Source of the DNA: Octopus bimaculoides
Lineage: Eukaryota
Direction: 5' to 3'
Assembly: GCF_001194135.2 (NCBI RefSeq)
Contig: NC_068981.1
Location: forward strand, 31,903,010-31,966,921
Length of the DNA: 63,912 bases
This document shows positions 37,368 through 50,570 of the stretch, piece after piece. A model generated the notes under the pieces. It did no database searches and had not been told where the DNA came from. It was given only the letters and a program-made list of their open reading frames with translations. Position numbers and translations under genes: made by a program. The first letter of the stretch is position 1; the number at the start of each line of letters is the position of its first letter.

Positions 37368-38261
37368 TCAGGTTGCCCGGAAATGTCTGAACGGTTTTTA
37401 AGCGAAATAAAGGATAAGAAATTTTAAAAATACTCTCATGTTTATTCATTAAGGTAATTTCTATTGTTTTCTATGACCTTGTTTTCTATGACCTAGCAGG
37501 CAATTTAAATATTCCATCGACATAAATTCAATTGCTTTTGAAGAAGTCACCTAAGTGAGTTTTGACAACATCTAAATTATTAAATGCTTTAGCAGTGTGC
37601 ACTGGGATGTTTTCATGCTGTAGGAGTTCACGTCTTCAGTTGATCAATGCTGAGTAGCGGCTTTCAAGACATCATATATTTACTGCAATTGTTGAGCAAA
37701 AATGTTAGCGCTCACAGCATGATCATCTGGGACAAGCTCAAAGTGAAACTGTTCCACGAAATTCCACCAAGTGCAAAACACTAACTTCAGTTTAAGCCGC
37801 CCTTGCTGGACAACAGGTTGCGAAACCCAGCCAGAACATATGCATTGATTTCTCTCATTAGGATTAAAATAAAGGACCCATTTTCTATCTCTAGTTACAA
37901 TTCGGCGCCAAAAACGAGCATTTCTTGAATTTGCTAAAGGTGCTTTCAAATATTCACGTGTTGTTAAGCCTAGTCATTGATCAGTTCGTGAAGAGCTGAC
38001 CAATGTCTTCAAGGCTGATATCACCTTCCTTGAAATGTCTGAACCAGTTTTGTTTCAAACGACTGCTGACAGTTCCTGGGCTTCCCATATCATTGTTTTT
38101 GCACTGAGTACTTTTCTCCACAAGTAGCGTGAAATGGCTCTAATTGCAGCGTTTTCAATACGCAGTACCAAACCTGTAAAACATAAAGATAAGCAATATT
38201 TGATTTATATGGTATACATTAAAATGAAGAATAAACAATTTAGTAACGACTGGACAATTTG
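37368..38261 (-). mobile_element. Mariner element, internally deleted and decayed
   Basis: FWRRIVTRDRKWVLYFNP (VTGDEKW-like), KL..CTWWN...HFELVP; TA then TCAGGTTGCCCGG at the left end, right TIR only weakly similar. Confidence 0.85.
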
Positions 38262-38357
38262 TATCCGATTATTGATTTAACACGGAGATACAAATTGCCA
38301 AAATTCATCAGTGAAAACTGGATATGTGCGTGTGTGTGTGTGCTTGTGTGTGCATGC

Positions 38358-38401
<44 letters not shown>

Positions 38402-38409
38402 ACATTCGC

Positions 38410-38580
38410 CATGCCGGACCGTTGAACTCTACACGTTTTTTTTCATTCTCTCTCTGCTTATTCTTTCTTATTCCATTCTGCTGAAAAGCGCAATCTCGAA
38501 ACGTAAAAGACTTTCATTTTTCCCGAGCATCTTGTTTGTTATTTACACACCTGTCTTCGTCTTCTGTTTTTGCATATGCA
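38410..38580 (+). mobile_element. Repeat unit carrying a decayed minimal hammerhead-like motif (copy 2)
   Basis: CUGCUGAA-AAGC GCAA UCUC-GAAAC-GUA-AAAGA at 38478-38510; gaccgttga head and ttcccgagc shared with 22360-22490. Confidence 0.65.
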
Positions 38581-39404
38581 TANNNNNNNNNNNNNNNNNN
38601 NNNNNNNNNNNNNNNNNNNNNNNNNNNNNNNNNNNNNNNNNNNNNNNNNNNNNNNNNNNNNNNNNNNNNNNNNNNNNNNNNNNNNNNNNNNNNNNNNNNN
38701 NNNNNNNNNNNNNNNNNNNNNNNNNNNNNNNNNNNNNNNNNNNNNNNNNNNNNNNNNNNNNNNNNNNNNNNNNNNNNNNNNNNNNNNNNNNNNNNNNNNN
38801 NNNNNNNNNNNNNNNNNNNNNNNNNNNNNNNNNNNNNNNNNNNNNNNNNNNNNNNNNNNNNNNNNNNNNNNNNNNNNNNNNNNNNNNNNNNNNNNNNNNN
38901 NNNNNNNNNNNNNNNNNNNNNNNNNNNNNNNNNNNNNNNNNNNNNNNNNNNNNNNNNNNNNNNNNNNNNNNNNNNNNNNNNNNNNNNNNNNNNNNNNNNN
39001 NNNNNNNNNNNNNNNNNNNNNNNNNNNNNNNNNNNNNNNNNNNNNNNNNNNNNNNNNNNNNNNNNNNNNNNNNNNNNNNNNNNNNNNNNNNNNNNNNNNN
39101 NNNNNNNNNNNNNNNNNNNNNNNNNNNNNNNNNNNNNNNNNNNNNNNNNNNNNNNNNNNNNNNNNNNNNNNNNNNNNNNNNNNNNNNNNNNNNNNNNNNN
39201 NNNNNNNNNNNNNNNNNNNNNNNNNNNNNNNNNNNNNNNNNNNNNNNNNNNNNNNNNNNNNNNNNNNNNNNNNNNNNNNNNNNNNNNNNNNNNNNNNNNN
39301 NNNNNNNNNNNNNNNNNNNNNNNNNNNNNNNNNNNNNNNNNNNNNNNNNNNNNNNNNNNNNNNNNNNNNNNNNNNNNNNNNNNNNNNNNNNNNNNNNNNN
39401 NNNN

Positions 39405-39468
<64 letters not shown>

Positions 39469-39914
39469 TCAATGAAAATATATGCACTACAAAAATCGGC
39501 TTGGACTACGAATATCTGCTAATACGCTGCGTCCGGTATATTAGCAGTATTTTGTGCTCATAAGCAGCTCGGCAAAATACAAATGGATGCATTCCATTCC
39601 AAGTTGCTTTTTATTCTCAGATTCCCTCTATCTTTGTCTTCTACTGACATCGTATTTCACTCCTTCATGGTTACCTCTCTATCTCTCTTTTTCTCTCGCG
39701 TTTTCTCTAAAGGCAGGAAGAGACAACCGATGTACTTTAAATAGATTGAGCGAACAACCCACAGCTGGCATGACAAGGCAGATATATCCATACTGGCGCC
39801 ATGTACATAGCAAGGGTACAGTGAGGGGAGCTTTGCTTGGGTCAACTTTTCGAAAGGAAGTCTAAATGAGCCAAGTGTAAACGTACTGGAAAGGGAAGAT
39901 TGATGTAAGGAATG

Positions 39915-39992
39915 TTACTGCTGCTGCTGCTGCTGCTGCTGCTGTCGCAGTTGATGACGAGGGCGACTACGATCATGATGATAATGACAATA

Positions 39993-40052
<60 letters not shown>

Positions 40053-40105
40053 TTGATGATGATGATGATGATGTTGACGACGACGAGTACGACGGTGATG
40101 ATAAC
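39915..40105. repeat. (CTG)n/(GAT)n compound microsatellite
   Basis: Direct reading; source of the poly-M, poly-H and poly-I ORFs. Confidence 0.95.
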
Positions 40106-40792
40106 AATCAAAAGGGGAAAAATCCACTAAAGGCAGTCAGAATACAACATCTTAGTGTATGCTACGGGGGCCCCGTTGTTAATTGCAGATTCTTTCTTCT
40201 CTCGTTTTTGTTGAAAATCCCTGCAGTCAATATTGCCAAGTTGACATTCATAAGCTAAATGCGAATGTTCCTAATGGGCTAGAACACCTCCAAAAACGTT
40301 GAGACAGACTTCCATGTTGGCATTCAGAAAAAGGGATATGTGGAGAATAATATACGAAGAATTAAGAAAAACGAAGATAGAAATATGTATAGCTAGATAG
40401 AGGAGAGTAATTTAATGTAAAATGATTGTGATGTTCTGTAAAAAGAAAGAAAAAAAAGCAGAAAAATAATTCTATGAAAGTAAAATAGGGAAAGAGGGAA
40501 ATGAGAGAAAGATACGAAGAAAGAGGGTAAATGGTAACAAATATAATCTCGGTGCATAAGTTGGATTATAAGTAAAAGTCGAATTATAAAAGTTTGATGT
40601 CACTGAATGATTAATGTCAAAGAATATTCAGTGAATACCATTGATAAGATGATATCGAAGATGTAGGTTACAAACTATTAAAGACGCACACAAACACACA
40701 CACACACGCGTATATCTATATACATATATACATACATACATACATACATATGTATATATATANNNNNNNNNNNNNNNNNNNNNNNNNNNNNN

Positions 40793-40854
<62 letters not shown>

Positions 40855-41559
40855 TACGTATATATACACACATATATGGTTAATTTATATTAAAATTATA
40901 AATAGGGTGCTGAATGATTACAACACCAGTCTGCTAGAAATAGACCCCAAATGGTCTATGAACCACTTAAATTATTACTCCACAACACAAGGTGGTAAAC
41001 GAGGAAAATAGACAGCGAAGATTTATAAAATAATTTAGATTTCACGGTTTGAGTTATTAAAAACGCTTTGCGATCATCAGTGGAAACATACCGAAACGTA
41101 AATAAATGAAAAATACATTATACATACCGCCATAAGCACAAAATAATGCACATGGGCTCTATTTCTAGCAGACTAGTAGAAATAAATCCCATGTAAAATT
41201 TTTGTAAAATATGTGTGTTCTTTTCTTATCAGGAACTATTCTATTTTCCACGAATCACTCTCTTAAACTCATAGCTGCCTATCCGACATAAGTTCGGAGA
41301 GCATTGCTCATGATCCTCCTTGGAACTCTGTAGTAAAGCACTATATTTATTCCTAATCTATTCATTACGTCTTCATGCTCGTTTTCAGATGAGTTTTTAA
41401 CCCGATATACTATCAAGGTTGACCTTCTTAAATTTGCCACTTCGCAGGCACCCACAGATAATAGTGGTCTATGTTTGGAAATTTCCTTTCGCTAGCCTGG
41501 CTCTCTTACAAATCTGTGTATCCCAGACTGTGCAGTAATTTATACGATTAATACAGTTC

Positions 41560-41900
41560 TAGACACATTCGTGTAACAAAAGCTTCGGGCTGCATCCCTG
41601 TTAGTGGTCTTAGAGCATGCCGTACACTAATCTGCAATTTCTAAGCCTCCCTATTTTGCTACATAGTCGACTTTTCTAAGTTGTGTTTATCCGGAAGGTA
41701 TTGCTTTTGTCCTTCTGGAATTTTAGGCCACTCTCCACATCAGACAAACCTTTTGCCGGAGCCGATTTTGCCACTCACAACTCAACCCTGCAACTGGTTC
41801 TTCTGGACCATATTTTACCAATAGCAATCATAAGTGAAATCCCATAAATACTCATATCAGAAGTACTAAATGCTACATCTTGTATTATAATGACGTAAAA
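41560..41900 (+). mobile_element. Possible ancient LINE RT N-terminal fragment (CR1/L2/Jockey-like)
   Basis: Only KASGCIPVSGLRAC, loosely like KA.GPDGIP..VLK.C, in a locally less AT-rich stretch. Confidence 0.2.
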
Positions 41901-42159
41901 ATACTGACATTTCTCGCTTGAAAAAATTGGCGTTGTCTCCCTGATGAAATTATCGTAATACTATCGACATTTTCCTTAAAATATATTTGTATAAATATGC
42001 CATAGCTATGAACTAATCTGGTTCCAGCTTACTATCTATCCTACAAAGATCAGACATGCATTCATAGTCACAGGATCTCCGATAATGGACTTTCTAATAT
42101 TGTGTGATTTTTACGACATGTAAACAGGAGATAAAATATAAATTAACAGTGATATTGAT

Positions 42160-42372
42160 TCCAAATTTTGGCACAAAACCGACAAGCTCGAAGGATGCGT
42201 TAGGTCGATTACATCGACCCCAATGCTCAAATAGTACTTATCTTATCGATCCCCAGAAAGACGGAAGGCAAAGTTGACCTCGGAGGAATTTGGACTCAGA
42301 ATATGAAGGTGGACGAAATGCAGCAAAGTATTTTACCCAGCGTGCTAGCAATTCTGCCATCTCACCGCCTTA
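42160..42372 (-). mobile_element. SINE family B (variant with TTGTGCCAAAATTTGG tail)
   Basis: gtcgattacatcgacccc, ggcaaagttgacctcgg, gaatttggactcagaa, ctgccatctcaccgcc. Confidence 0.88.
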
Positions 42373-44013
42373 GATTAACATTGAGATATTAATATCAATC
42401 ATTAAAGGAATTTATTGCATCGCCTTTTAACTGTTTAAAAGTGTGTTGTCAAATTTGAATTCATAATTTTTAAGAATATCTGTAATTTTTAAGAATATCT
42501 GTATAGGCAGTAGTCGTCTAGATGCGCTTATTATCTGAAGTGGAATAAGTAGGTTTTCTGAGGAGCATTTCTGGCTGTAGAGGTGAACTAATATTTATTC
42601 AGAACAGATTTTTTTTCAAGGTATATCTGGACATGAACTCCTTACAGGTTAGAGGGATAAAGGAGTTCACTTGGTCAACATCAACATAACGGAATATATC
42701 ATTCACGTTTGCATCAATGGGTACAAACGAATTGCATCCATTCCGTCAATAATTCAGATGGTGAGATGTTATTCACTGTCAAACTAATTAACATTGCAGA
42801 GGATATCGTCCATAGTACCACGTATATTCGCATGAGCAAGTAGTTATAATTTTGTTTTTAGCTCTAATATGGTTAGCACAGCAAAATGATGCGTGGGTAG
42901 CTCAGCAACACGGTTTGTGTGAGTTTTATGAATTTTCCGCAAGCCATGCAAAGGGAATATCTCATTATTGCCAGCCCGGAAGTTATTCAATGCTGTTATC
43001 TCCAATTATAAGTTCTTATCGCACATATTCATATGAATAGTTAGGAATTTAATATACTTTTATACTTTTTATCGAGTCAGATATTCACTATAAATATTTA
43101 TAATGTATGTAAAACGTTTAGTGTTATAGTTGACAATAACCAACCGGGAGCCTTTACGTCATGAGTTACCTGTTTCCCACACACCTCCCACATATTTCTA
43201 CATGACGCAAGACATGAAATTATCACAATAAAGTATAGCTGTAGAAGTATGTTATTGGTCTGCAGTAAGCAATTCCTTCTCGCCATCTATCATACTAGCA
43301 TGACATTTGTGGGCAATAAAGTCCCGAAAACAGACTATTCTAATATTATGTGATGTTTACATCGGTAAGTAAACCTATGACGACAAAATACTATAAACGA
43401 ATATCGTATAAATATCAACGATGCAAGACATTGATAATAATTAAACTTGGACAGAAAAATAATTTCCTCCACAATAAAATCAAGATCTTGTATGAATCAT
43501 ATTAAGGAGGACACAGCCACCTAAAGCTACATACAACCTGCATTCTTTTACTACCAAACTTCGGTAAAGATATAGGAAATTTTGTAAAGACTGAGCAATC
43601 CTATGAACAAAAGCACTTCACGAATGATCGTTTCGATATCTCTCAAGAATTATGTCGCTGAAGAAGGCATGAACTTATGTGGCTCTTTTTGGTGGCAAAT
43701 CGTGGGCTCAGAACAGAAATTGTGTAAATTTAGCAGAATTCACTAAATACTGTTAAATACTGATTTCAAAACTTACCGAAATTACATAAATGCCACTCAA
43801 GTACTGTGGACCGCTGCAATTTTTTTTAGTTTTGATAGTGATTGTGTTTTCTAAAAATTGTAAGAAGTAGAATCTTGATATCCAAACACAATGCCTTGTG
43901 ATATTTAGTTACCCCAATGTATGTTCTAAGTTTAAACGTCTCTGAAATCGACTGAATTTTCCCTTATATTTGGGCCAATAAAATAACTATTATTCCTGAT
44001 GAGAGAGTAAATA

Positions 44014-44498
44014 GATTCAATGTTACACTCGCCCTCCAGGAAAAAAAAGCATGAAACAGTGAATGACTAATGTCATATCCAGTGGAATTTTGTTTCGCAT
44101 ACCCTGCACGAGTCATAAAACAGTCTCATTTATCTTTGGTGCTCTGAATAAAATAATTGTGTTAAGAAAGATGAATAGAAGGATAGAAATATATTTGAGT
44201 ACGCTTATGGTGTAATAATACCACTTGTTGACATAAGTTTCCATCAATTTCCGTTGAATTCAAGAAATACGTTATTTAGATTCTATGAGTTATTATACCG
44301 TTTCCATGTTTCCTTATGAAAGTGTAGTATTAGAGTTCACAACTATTATTTACTATATCTCATAACCCTTTCAGTAGCGCGCGATTCAATGTTATACTCG
44401 CTCTCCAGGAAAAAAAATCCATCGAACAGCGAATGACTGGTGTCATATCTAGTGGAATTTTATCTCGCATACCCTGTACGAATCATAAACAGTTTCAT
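44014..44498 (+). repeat. Direct repeat pair of about 115 bp (44014-44130 and 44383-44498)
   Basis: gattcaatgtta.actcgc.ctccaggaaaaaaaa...gaatgact..tgtcatatc.agtggaatttt...cgcataccctg shared; spacing 369 bp. Confidence 0.9.
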
Positions 44499-44542
44499 GT
44501 ATGCCATTAATAATTTCTGATATATATATTCTGATATAGAGA

Positions 44543-44930
44543 ACCGTTAGCGTGCCGGACTAAATGTTTGGCGGCATTTCGTCCGTCTTTACATTTTTAG
44601 TTCAAATTCCGTCGCAGTCAACTTTGCCTTTCATCCTTACGGAGTCGATAAAATAAGTACCAGTCGACTAGTGTGGTCGATGTAATCGACTTTCTGAGAA
44701 ACTGCCGGCCTTGTGCCAAAATTTTAAACCTCTAACTGCGAGCTGGCAGAATTGCTATTGTATCGGTTCAAATGTTTAGCATTTCTTTTGGCTCCTTCCA
44801 CTCTTAATACAATAGCTTCTGAAGCCGACATTACCTTTCATCCTTTCAGGATAATTGCTAGTTCAGCATTGCAGTCGACTTAACCAGCCCCACTTTCTCT
44901 CAAAATTGATAGACTAGTGCCAAAATGAGA
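44543..44930 (+). mobile_element. Two head-to-tail SINE family B copies (44543-44730, 44738-44930)
   Basis: agttcaaattcc...gcctttcatcc...gtcgataaaataagtaccag...gtgccaaaat, then gcgagctggcagaa...cctttcatcctttc...gtgccaaaat. Confidence 0.8.
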
Positions 44931-44985
44931 AAGAGATATTTTCTGATGCTGACGTTTGTAAAGAGAGTTCGCTCGCGTTTATATA

Positions 44986-46288
44986 TCAGGTCATTAAGAA
45001 TTAAATATCCGATTTTGAACTGAAAGTTTATTTTACTTTATCTCAACAAAAAGCAATGTAGTTAAACAAAGTATGCACCTAAGTTATCAACAGGATTTTA
45101 TTACTTTATCGGTAGCTTATTTATGCTGGCAGCGAATAATACTGGAGAGCAAGAGGTGATGAAATCACGAAAGGCTGTTTTGAATCTTTTTCAGATTTAA
45201 AATATTTTCATTGCAAAAGGTTGTCTAATGCCTAAAAAAGCTGATAATCAGTTGGTGCAAGGTCTTTTGAAAATGGTAGATGACAGAGTAGTTCCAAATT
45301 CAGTTCCTCTAACTTGAGTAGCGTTCTTTGTGCAACAAGTTTACGTATTGTCTTGCAAGAGATTTGGCCTCTCTTTTGACCAATCTCGTTGTTTAACTGC
45401 AAGTTCACTAATCGTTTCATCCAGCTGGTTGATGCATACATCTGCTGTAATTGACTTACTAGGTTTCATGAAGCTGTAGTGGATGACACCAGCGCTGGAC
45501 CACCAAACAGTCACCATTAGCTTTATTAGGTGAATATTCTTTGTTAGATTGTCTTTTGGCACTTCGTCTCTATCCAACCACCGTGCAGAACACTTGCTAT
45601 TGTTGAAAAGAATCCATTTTCTATCACACGTAACAATACTATGCAAAAATGGCTCGCTTTTATGCTGTGACAGCAAAGGGCAGCAAGTTTCAAGACGACG
45701 TGTCATTTGACGCTCGTTCAGTTGTAGAGGTGCCCACTTGACCATCTTCTTTGCCTTGCCGATTTGCTTCCGATGGTCCAATACAGCTGGAATTGAAGCA
45801 TCAAACCTTGCTGCTAACTCACGCGTAGTTTGAGATGTATCCGCTTCCACTACAGTTTCCAGCTCGTCATTATCCACCTTGGTCTCTGATCTAATACGGG
45901 GCTGATTTTNNNNNNNNNNGGGCTGATTTTCAAAAGAAATGTCACTAGACCGGAATTCCTGAGACCATCGACGTACAGAGCGCTCATTCGCCCCATCTTC
46001 ACCAAACACCTCATTGATGTTTCGAGCTTTCTGGGATCCATTGGTTCCACGACGGAACTCATATTCATAAACAACACGATTTTTTTATCTATTCATGGGT
46101 TCAAAAAAACTGATTTACAAGTACAAGAGAAAACTTACAATATAATCAGACATGAATTGCATTTCGAAAAGTGATGATGTAAGTCTTCAATGGTGTAAAA
46201 CAAAGAATTGTTAGGATAAAACATTAGAGGTAACGAGTGTCAAACTTGGTGCATAAGAAAATCGAACATTTCAATCTTAATGACCTGA
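44986..46288 (-). mobile_element. Full-length (about 1.3 kb) mariner transposon, inactivated, TA-flanked
   Basis: TIRs TCAGGTCATTAAGAATTAAATATCCGATTTT and AAAATCGAACATTTCAATCTTAATGACCTGA; TA at 44984-85 and 46289-90; VVYEYEFRRG, WAPLQL, IVTCDRKW, KLMVTVWWS, LQDN, SKDLAPTDYQLF; frameshifts. Confidence 0.95.
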
Positions 46289-46754
46289 TACAAATTTAAA
46301 AACTGTTATTGTTGGTGGAGTAATAAAAAGAGGGTAGCGAGCATATACTTCTTGGGAACTCCATTACTTGTAAAGGACTAAAGGAAGTTACCATCGGACC
46401 AGGCACCTGTAGTGAATGCTTGAAATAGACTGAATACCTGTAAATTTACCCAAAGCTTTGACAATATTATTTAACCAGACGATGAATTGAACTTTTTCTT
46501 TTACCTTCTTGTCAAGAAAAATTGGCAGATCCCATGACACTTTACATGAGGGAGGAAATTATCCTCAAGTCGAAGGCCGGGTCTGAATAATTGCAACAAA
46601 GTGCACTCAGATCAAAATCACAAGGCAGGTTATAGTGTTAAGAAAAGTGAGTGAGTCTACCACCTAATTAGGCCATAGTCTGATTTGAACTCAGTACAGA
46701 ACAAAGCATTCCTTCTTATTCTTTAGCGTCTCTTCACTCCACCACCCTAGACTG

Positions 46755-47045
46755 CTACTTTATTTTTCTACCTCGGAAGAACAAAAAGTAGAGTTGACCT
46801 CATTGAAATTCGATTTCAGAACGCAAGATATCAGGCTAAATACTATAATGCATTTCGTTCGACGCGCTAAGGAATCTAACGACCCTCTTCCACATTGTTT
46901 CTCCTCAACCAAATTTCACTCACAAAGCGTTGATCGACCAGCAAATAAGAAGGAAGGTAGCTAGCTACGGTATTACGCATTGGAAATCGAACTCGAAAAC
47001 TTGTAGTTATCAGAACTGCATACCCACGCAGGTATAGCCGTGCCA
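46755..47045 (-). mobile_element. Degraded SINE B (46755-46880) followed by degraded SINE A head (about 46898-47045)
   Basis: agagttgacctc...gatttcagaac; accaaatttcactcacaaagc...atcgaactc. Confidence 0.55.
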
Positions 47046-47237
47046 ACCTGCTTGTAGAAGGGAAAATTTATTTAGAAATAATGTTTTTTTTTTTATATAT
47101 AATAAAGCGAGAAAAGAACGGGGAAAAGCAATAGATTTGAAATATCCGATGCATTCACTTCATTGAAGATTATTTATATGACTATACAAATATACTTACA
47201 AATATATGATTCAACACACACAAGTATTCTACATAAA

Positions 47238-47287
<50 letters not shown>

Positions 47288-47998
47288 TCTCTGTGTGTGT
47301 GTGTAAACTACTGTATATACTTGCAAAACAACATGTAACTTTTTATTTATGGATATGCAGCCATCTATCATTAGAAACGTAACTCTGAAAATTTCATTCT
47401 ATTTGTATTTCTAATTCATCTTGTCATTGATACATTGCATACCTGAATAATTTGCATTGCTTTCCTTTAGCTATATCAGCACATTCCATTCATTCTTCCC
47501 TCTAGACACTTGTGCTTCATTTGGATATCTCAAGGGAGTTATTTCCCCTTAATTCCTTTTCGAACAGTGTCACTTTATATCCCTGCTAGTCTTAATAGTC
47601 TAACGTCATTAATATGAATCACACACAGTGTTGCTCTCTGATTCATCAACCTTTATAATATTCTAAATTCCTAATATTCTTCAACAAGCCTCAGAATACG
47701 AACGCACGCATGCATACACGCATACACTCACACACAGACACTTACATACAACACACTTACACGTACACGCACACAGACACGCACGCGCGCGCACACACAA
47801 GCTCCACATACGCGCACAAACACGCACACAAAGACGGAGACAATTAGACAAAACTAACACAATACAAACACAGAATATGCAGCTGCAAATTCAAATGAAG
47901 GCATTCGGTTGTGCTCCTGTAGGGCATGTTTATAGTCATAATTTTATTTAAATCAAGAGAAATCTTTATATTGTATTCAATATTTCTTCATTATACAG

Positions 47999-48046
47999 AG
48001 ATATATTCATCAGTGTGTACTAAGATGCGTTCTGTCTTTGTAAAAG
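47999..48046 (+). CDS. Candidate 48-nt exon
   Basis: atttcttcattatacag acceptor, AAG|GTAACT donor, single open frame IYSSVCTKMRSVFVK. Confidence 0.15.
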
Positions 48047-49074
48047 GTAACTTCTTTGTAAATAGATCCGTGTCCTTTACATTTACCTACATGTTTCGGG
48101 AATATCAAGAGTCTTAAAACGCCCCAATGTTCCCAGAATTAATGGATATACATTGTTTAACATATATGGAGATATCTCTATTTATGGAATATTGTTTTTC
48201 TGTTAGAAACATGAAGTAGCCGTAGGATTTGTATGGAAAACAAACGAACAAGCCAGCAGATTACTGTAGATGCGAAGGAGCGAGAGAGACGAAATATTAT
48301 CCACTACATATTTCTAACTGCCCAATTTATTGTCAGAAGATGAGTGCAACTCTAAATTTCTGTATTCTATATCAGCTATGTAGAAGAGCCTACAGATCAT
48401 ATAGATAGATCCTCGACATCTCAGACTAGCGTGCAAAATTATAGGTACATTATGTAACACGGAAATTGTAAAAAAAAAAAAAGTAATACAACTAGCAATA
48501 TACGTTTTGATTGAACCATAGTCTGTTTTACTTGATTTGTGTTGCCCTCTAATAGACTGCTAATTACATAACAGTTAGGGCGACAATATATATTACAATA
48601 GGCTATTTGTAGGATCAGTTATACATTCTTTGCAATTTATTGATATAGAGATAATATTTCCTTATTTGGTTCGGATTAGTAGAGATATTTGTAATGAAGA
48701 GGTTTGGATAAATACGTTTGATCTCAAATTGAAAAAATGTCAAATGATCGACATTAAGTCTCCTTCAACATAAATAACAAGTTTGAAGCACCGATGCCTT
48801 TCAAATACTAAACCAAATGTTTGAATTATTTTCCTCACTATTCGCCGTGCCTTCATTAAATTCTATCAACTTCTTATTGCACGCAGAAAGATATTTAAGT
48901 ATAAAAATTTAATGCGATAATAAAAGCTTTGATAATTTAAATAGAACGGTAACAGAAAGTAAGCGTCGATAATTTGAGATGACTTAAGGATATCAAGAGA
49001 GTATATTGTTTTCTATAATACGTAGAAATTATCTCTATTATTGTTGTTAATGCAATATCAGAGCCTACAATATA

Positions 49075-50336
49075 TACACAAAATATTCTTTAATTCATTT
49101 GGTTTTACATGTTTACACTTTTATCGCTTTCAGAGTGTTCTCCATTGGAAGAAACACATCAGTCCAGATGCGTTTCAACTGTTGGAAGCAGTCCTGAAGT
49201 GATGCCTTTTAACGTCGCCGTCGTTTTTTTTTTCTTCACCTCTTCCACATCTGCAAAGCGTTTTCCTTTAAGGATTTTTTTTCGTTCGGGGAAACATAAA
49301 AAAGTCGCAGAGAGCGAGATCGGATGAATTGTGGGGGTGGGTTAGCGAGGTTATGACATTTTTTGCAAGACTGTCTGAAATTCAAGGCGGTGTGCGCAGG
49401 CGCATTATCGTGATGAAACAATTCTCCACTTTACCACAAGTCGGGACGTTTTCATCTCACCGCGTCTCACAAAGGCTTCAGAAATTCTAGGTAAAATGTC
49501 TGGTTAGCAGTTTGACCGGGAGGGAAAAATCTTGTGTGGATAATACCTTTCGCATTGATGGAATAAATCAGCATCGTGTTCACATTGGACGTCACTTGAC
49601 GCACTTTTGGGGTGCGTGGTAACATTGAATACTTCCATTGACTTGATTGCTGCTCCGTTTCCAGGTCATAGCCGTATCACCAGCTTTCGTCACCAGTAAT
49701 GACATTCGGAAAAAGGTTCGTAGCAAGTTCCAAAAGTTCTTTCAGTTCCCGACATGCATTCAGGAGTGACTGCTTTTGATATTTCATGAGCAAGCGAGGC
49801 ACAAATTTTTTTGCAACTCTTTTCATTCGCAATTCCTTGCTCAACATTCGTTGGCAAGAGCTCCAAGATACACTAGTGATATCAAAAAGTTCGTCAATTG
49901 TTCGGTGACGGTCCTCCAAGATCAGTTCATAAATCTTTGTGATATTTTCCTTCGTCCGAGAGGTCTATGGTGACCCTGAAGGAGGCTGGTTTCCAAGCTA
50001 CAAGCGTCCATTCCTAAAACGTGAAAGCCATTCGTAAAGTTGTGTTTTGCTCATTGCAGCATCCTTGTAAAGCTGTTAGAAGCATAACAACTGTTTCAGT
50101 CGCCGTTTTCTCCAGCAGCAAACAAGATTTCACGGAAGCATGCTGTTACTTCGTTTCAACCATCACAAAAATCGTCAAACAGGGAAAAGCATATGACAGT
50201 ACGACTCCACTCAACAACGCCAGTCGGCAGACTGATACCTGGGAGTCGCATCAGGTTGCTTCTAGCTGCAGAAGTCTGAACTACAAAGGGCTTGTCCCAC
50301 AGTCGACGTCTTCTGTTTCTTTTGGGTACCTCCTCG
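49075..50336 (-). mobile_element. Mariner transposon (second subfamily), decayed, 3' TIR not found
   Basis: EDRHRTIDEL, RVAKKFVPRLL, VITGDESW, HHDNAPAHTA; 5' end TA-CGAGGAGGTACCCAAAAG. Confidence 0.92.
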
Positions 50337-50344
50337 TATATATA

Positions 50345-50570
50345 TCAAGTGATCAAATAGGCTATCGGTTGTTGTTATACATGGTTGGTCCTCGCTTTGC
50401 TACATTATTTGGCTTTCGAATGATGCCACCAATCTGGCTTGGTGAGCAGATCAACATAACCTTTAATTGGATGGCTAGTCCGTCGCAGAGTTAGTCATTT
50501 ACAGCTGAAAGTGCTGGAGCAACGTGAAATTAAACGTTCTGCCCAAGAGAACTAAACGCCGCTTGGTCGT
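50345..50570 (-). mobile_element. SINE family C
   Basis: Minus strand tcttgggcag...atttcacgttgctccag...cagctgtaaatga...gcgacggactagccatcc; same family as 17150-17295. Confidence 0.65.

Noticed and set aside
39516-39547. 9-bp hairpin CTGCTAATA / TATTAGCAG
   Set aside because: Short isolated stem expected by chance at this scale
39713-39865. Strong pyrimidine tract plus AG followed by a 50-codon frame
   Set aside because: The tract is (CT)-rich simple sequence, there is no good donor and no recognisable peptide
45900-45930. GGCTGATTTT duplicated around a 10-N gap inside the mariner
   Set aside because: Contig-overlap artefact rather than a real insertion or TSD
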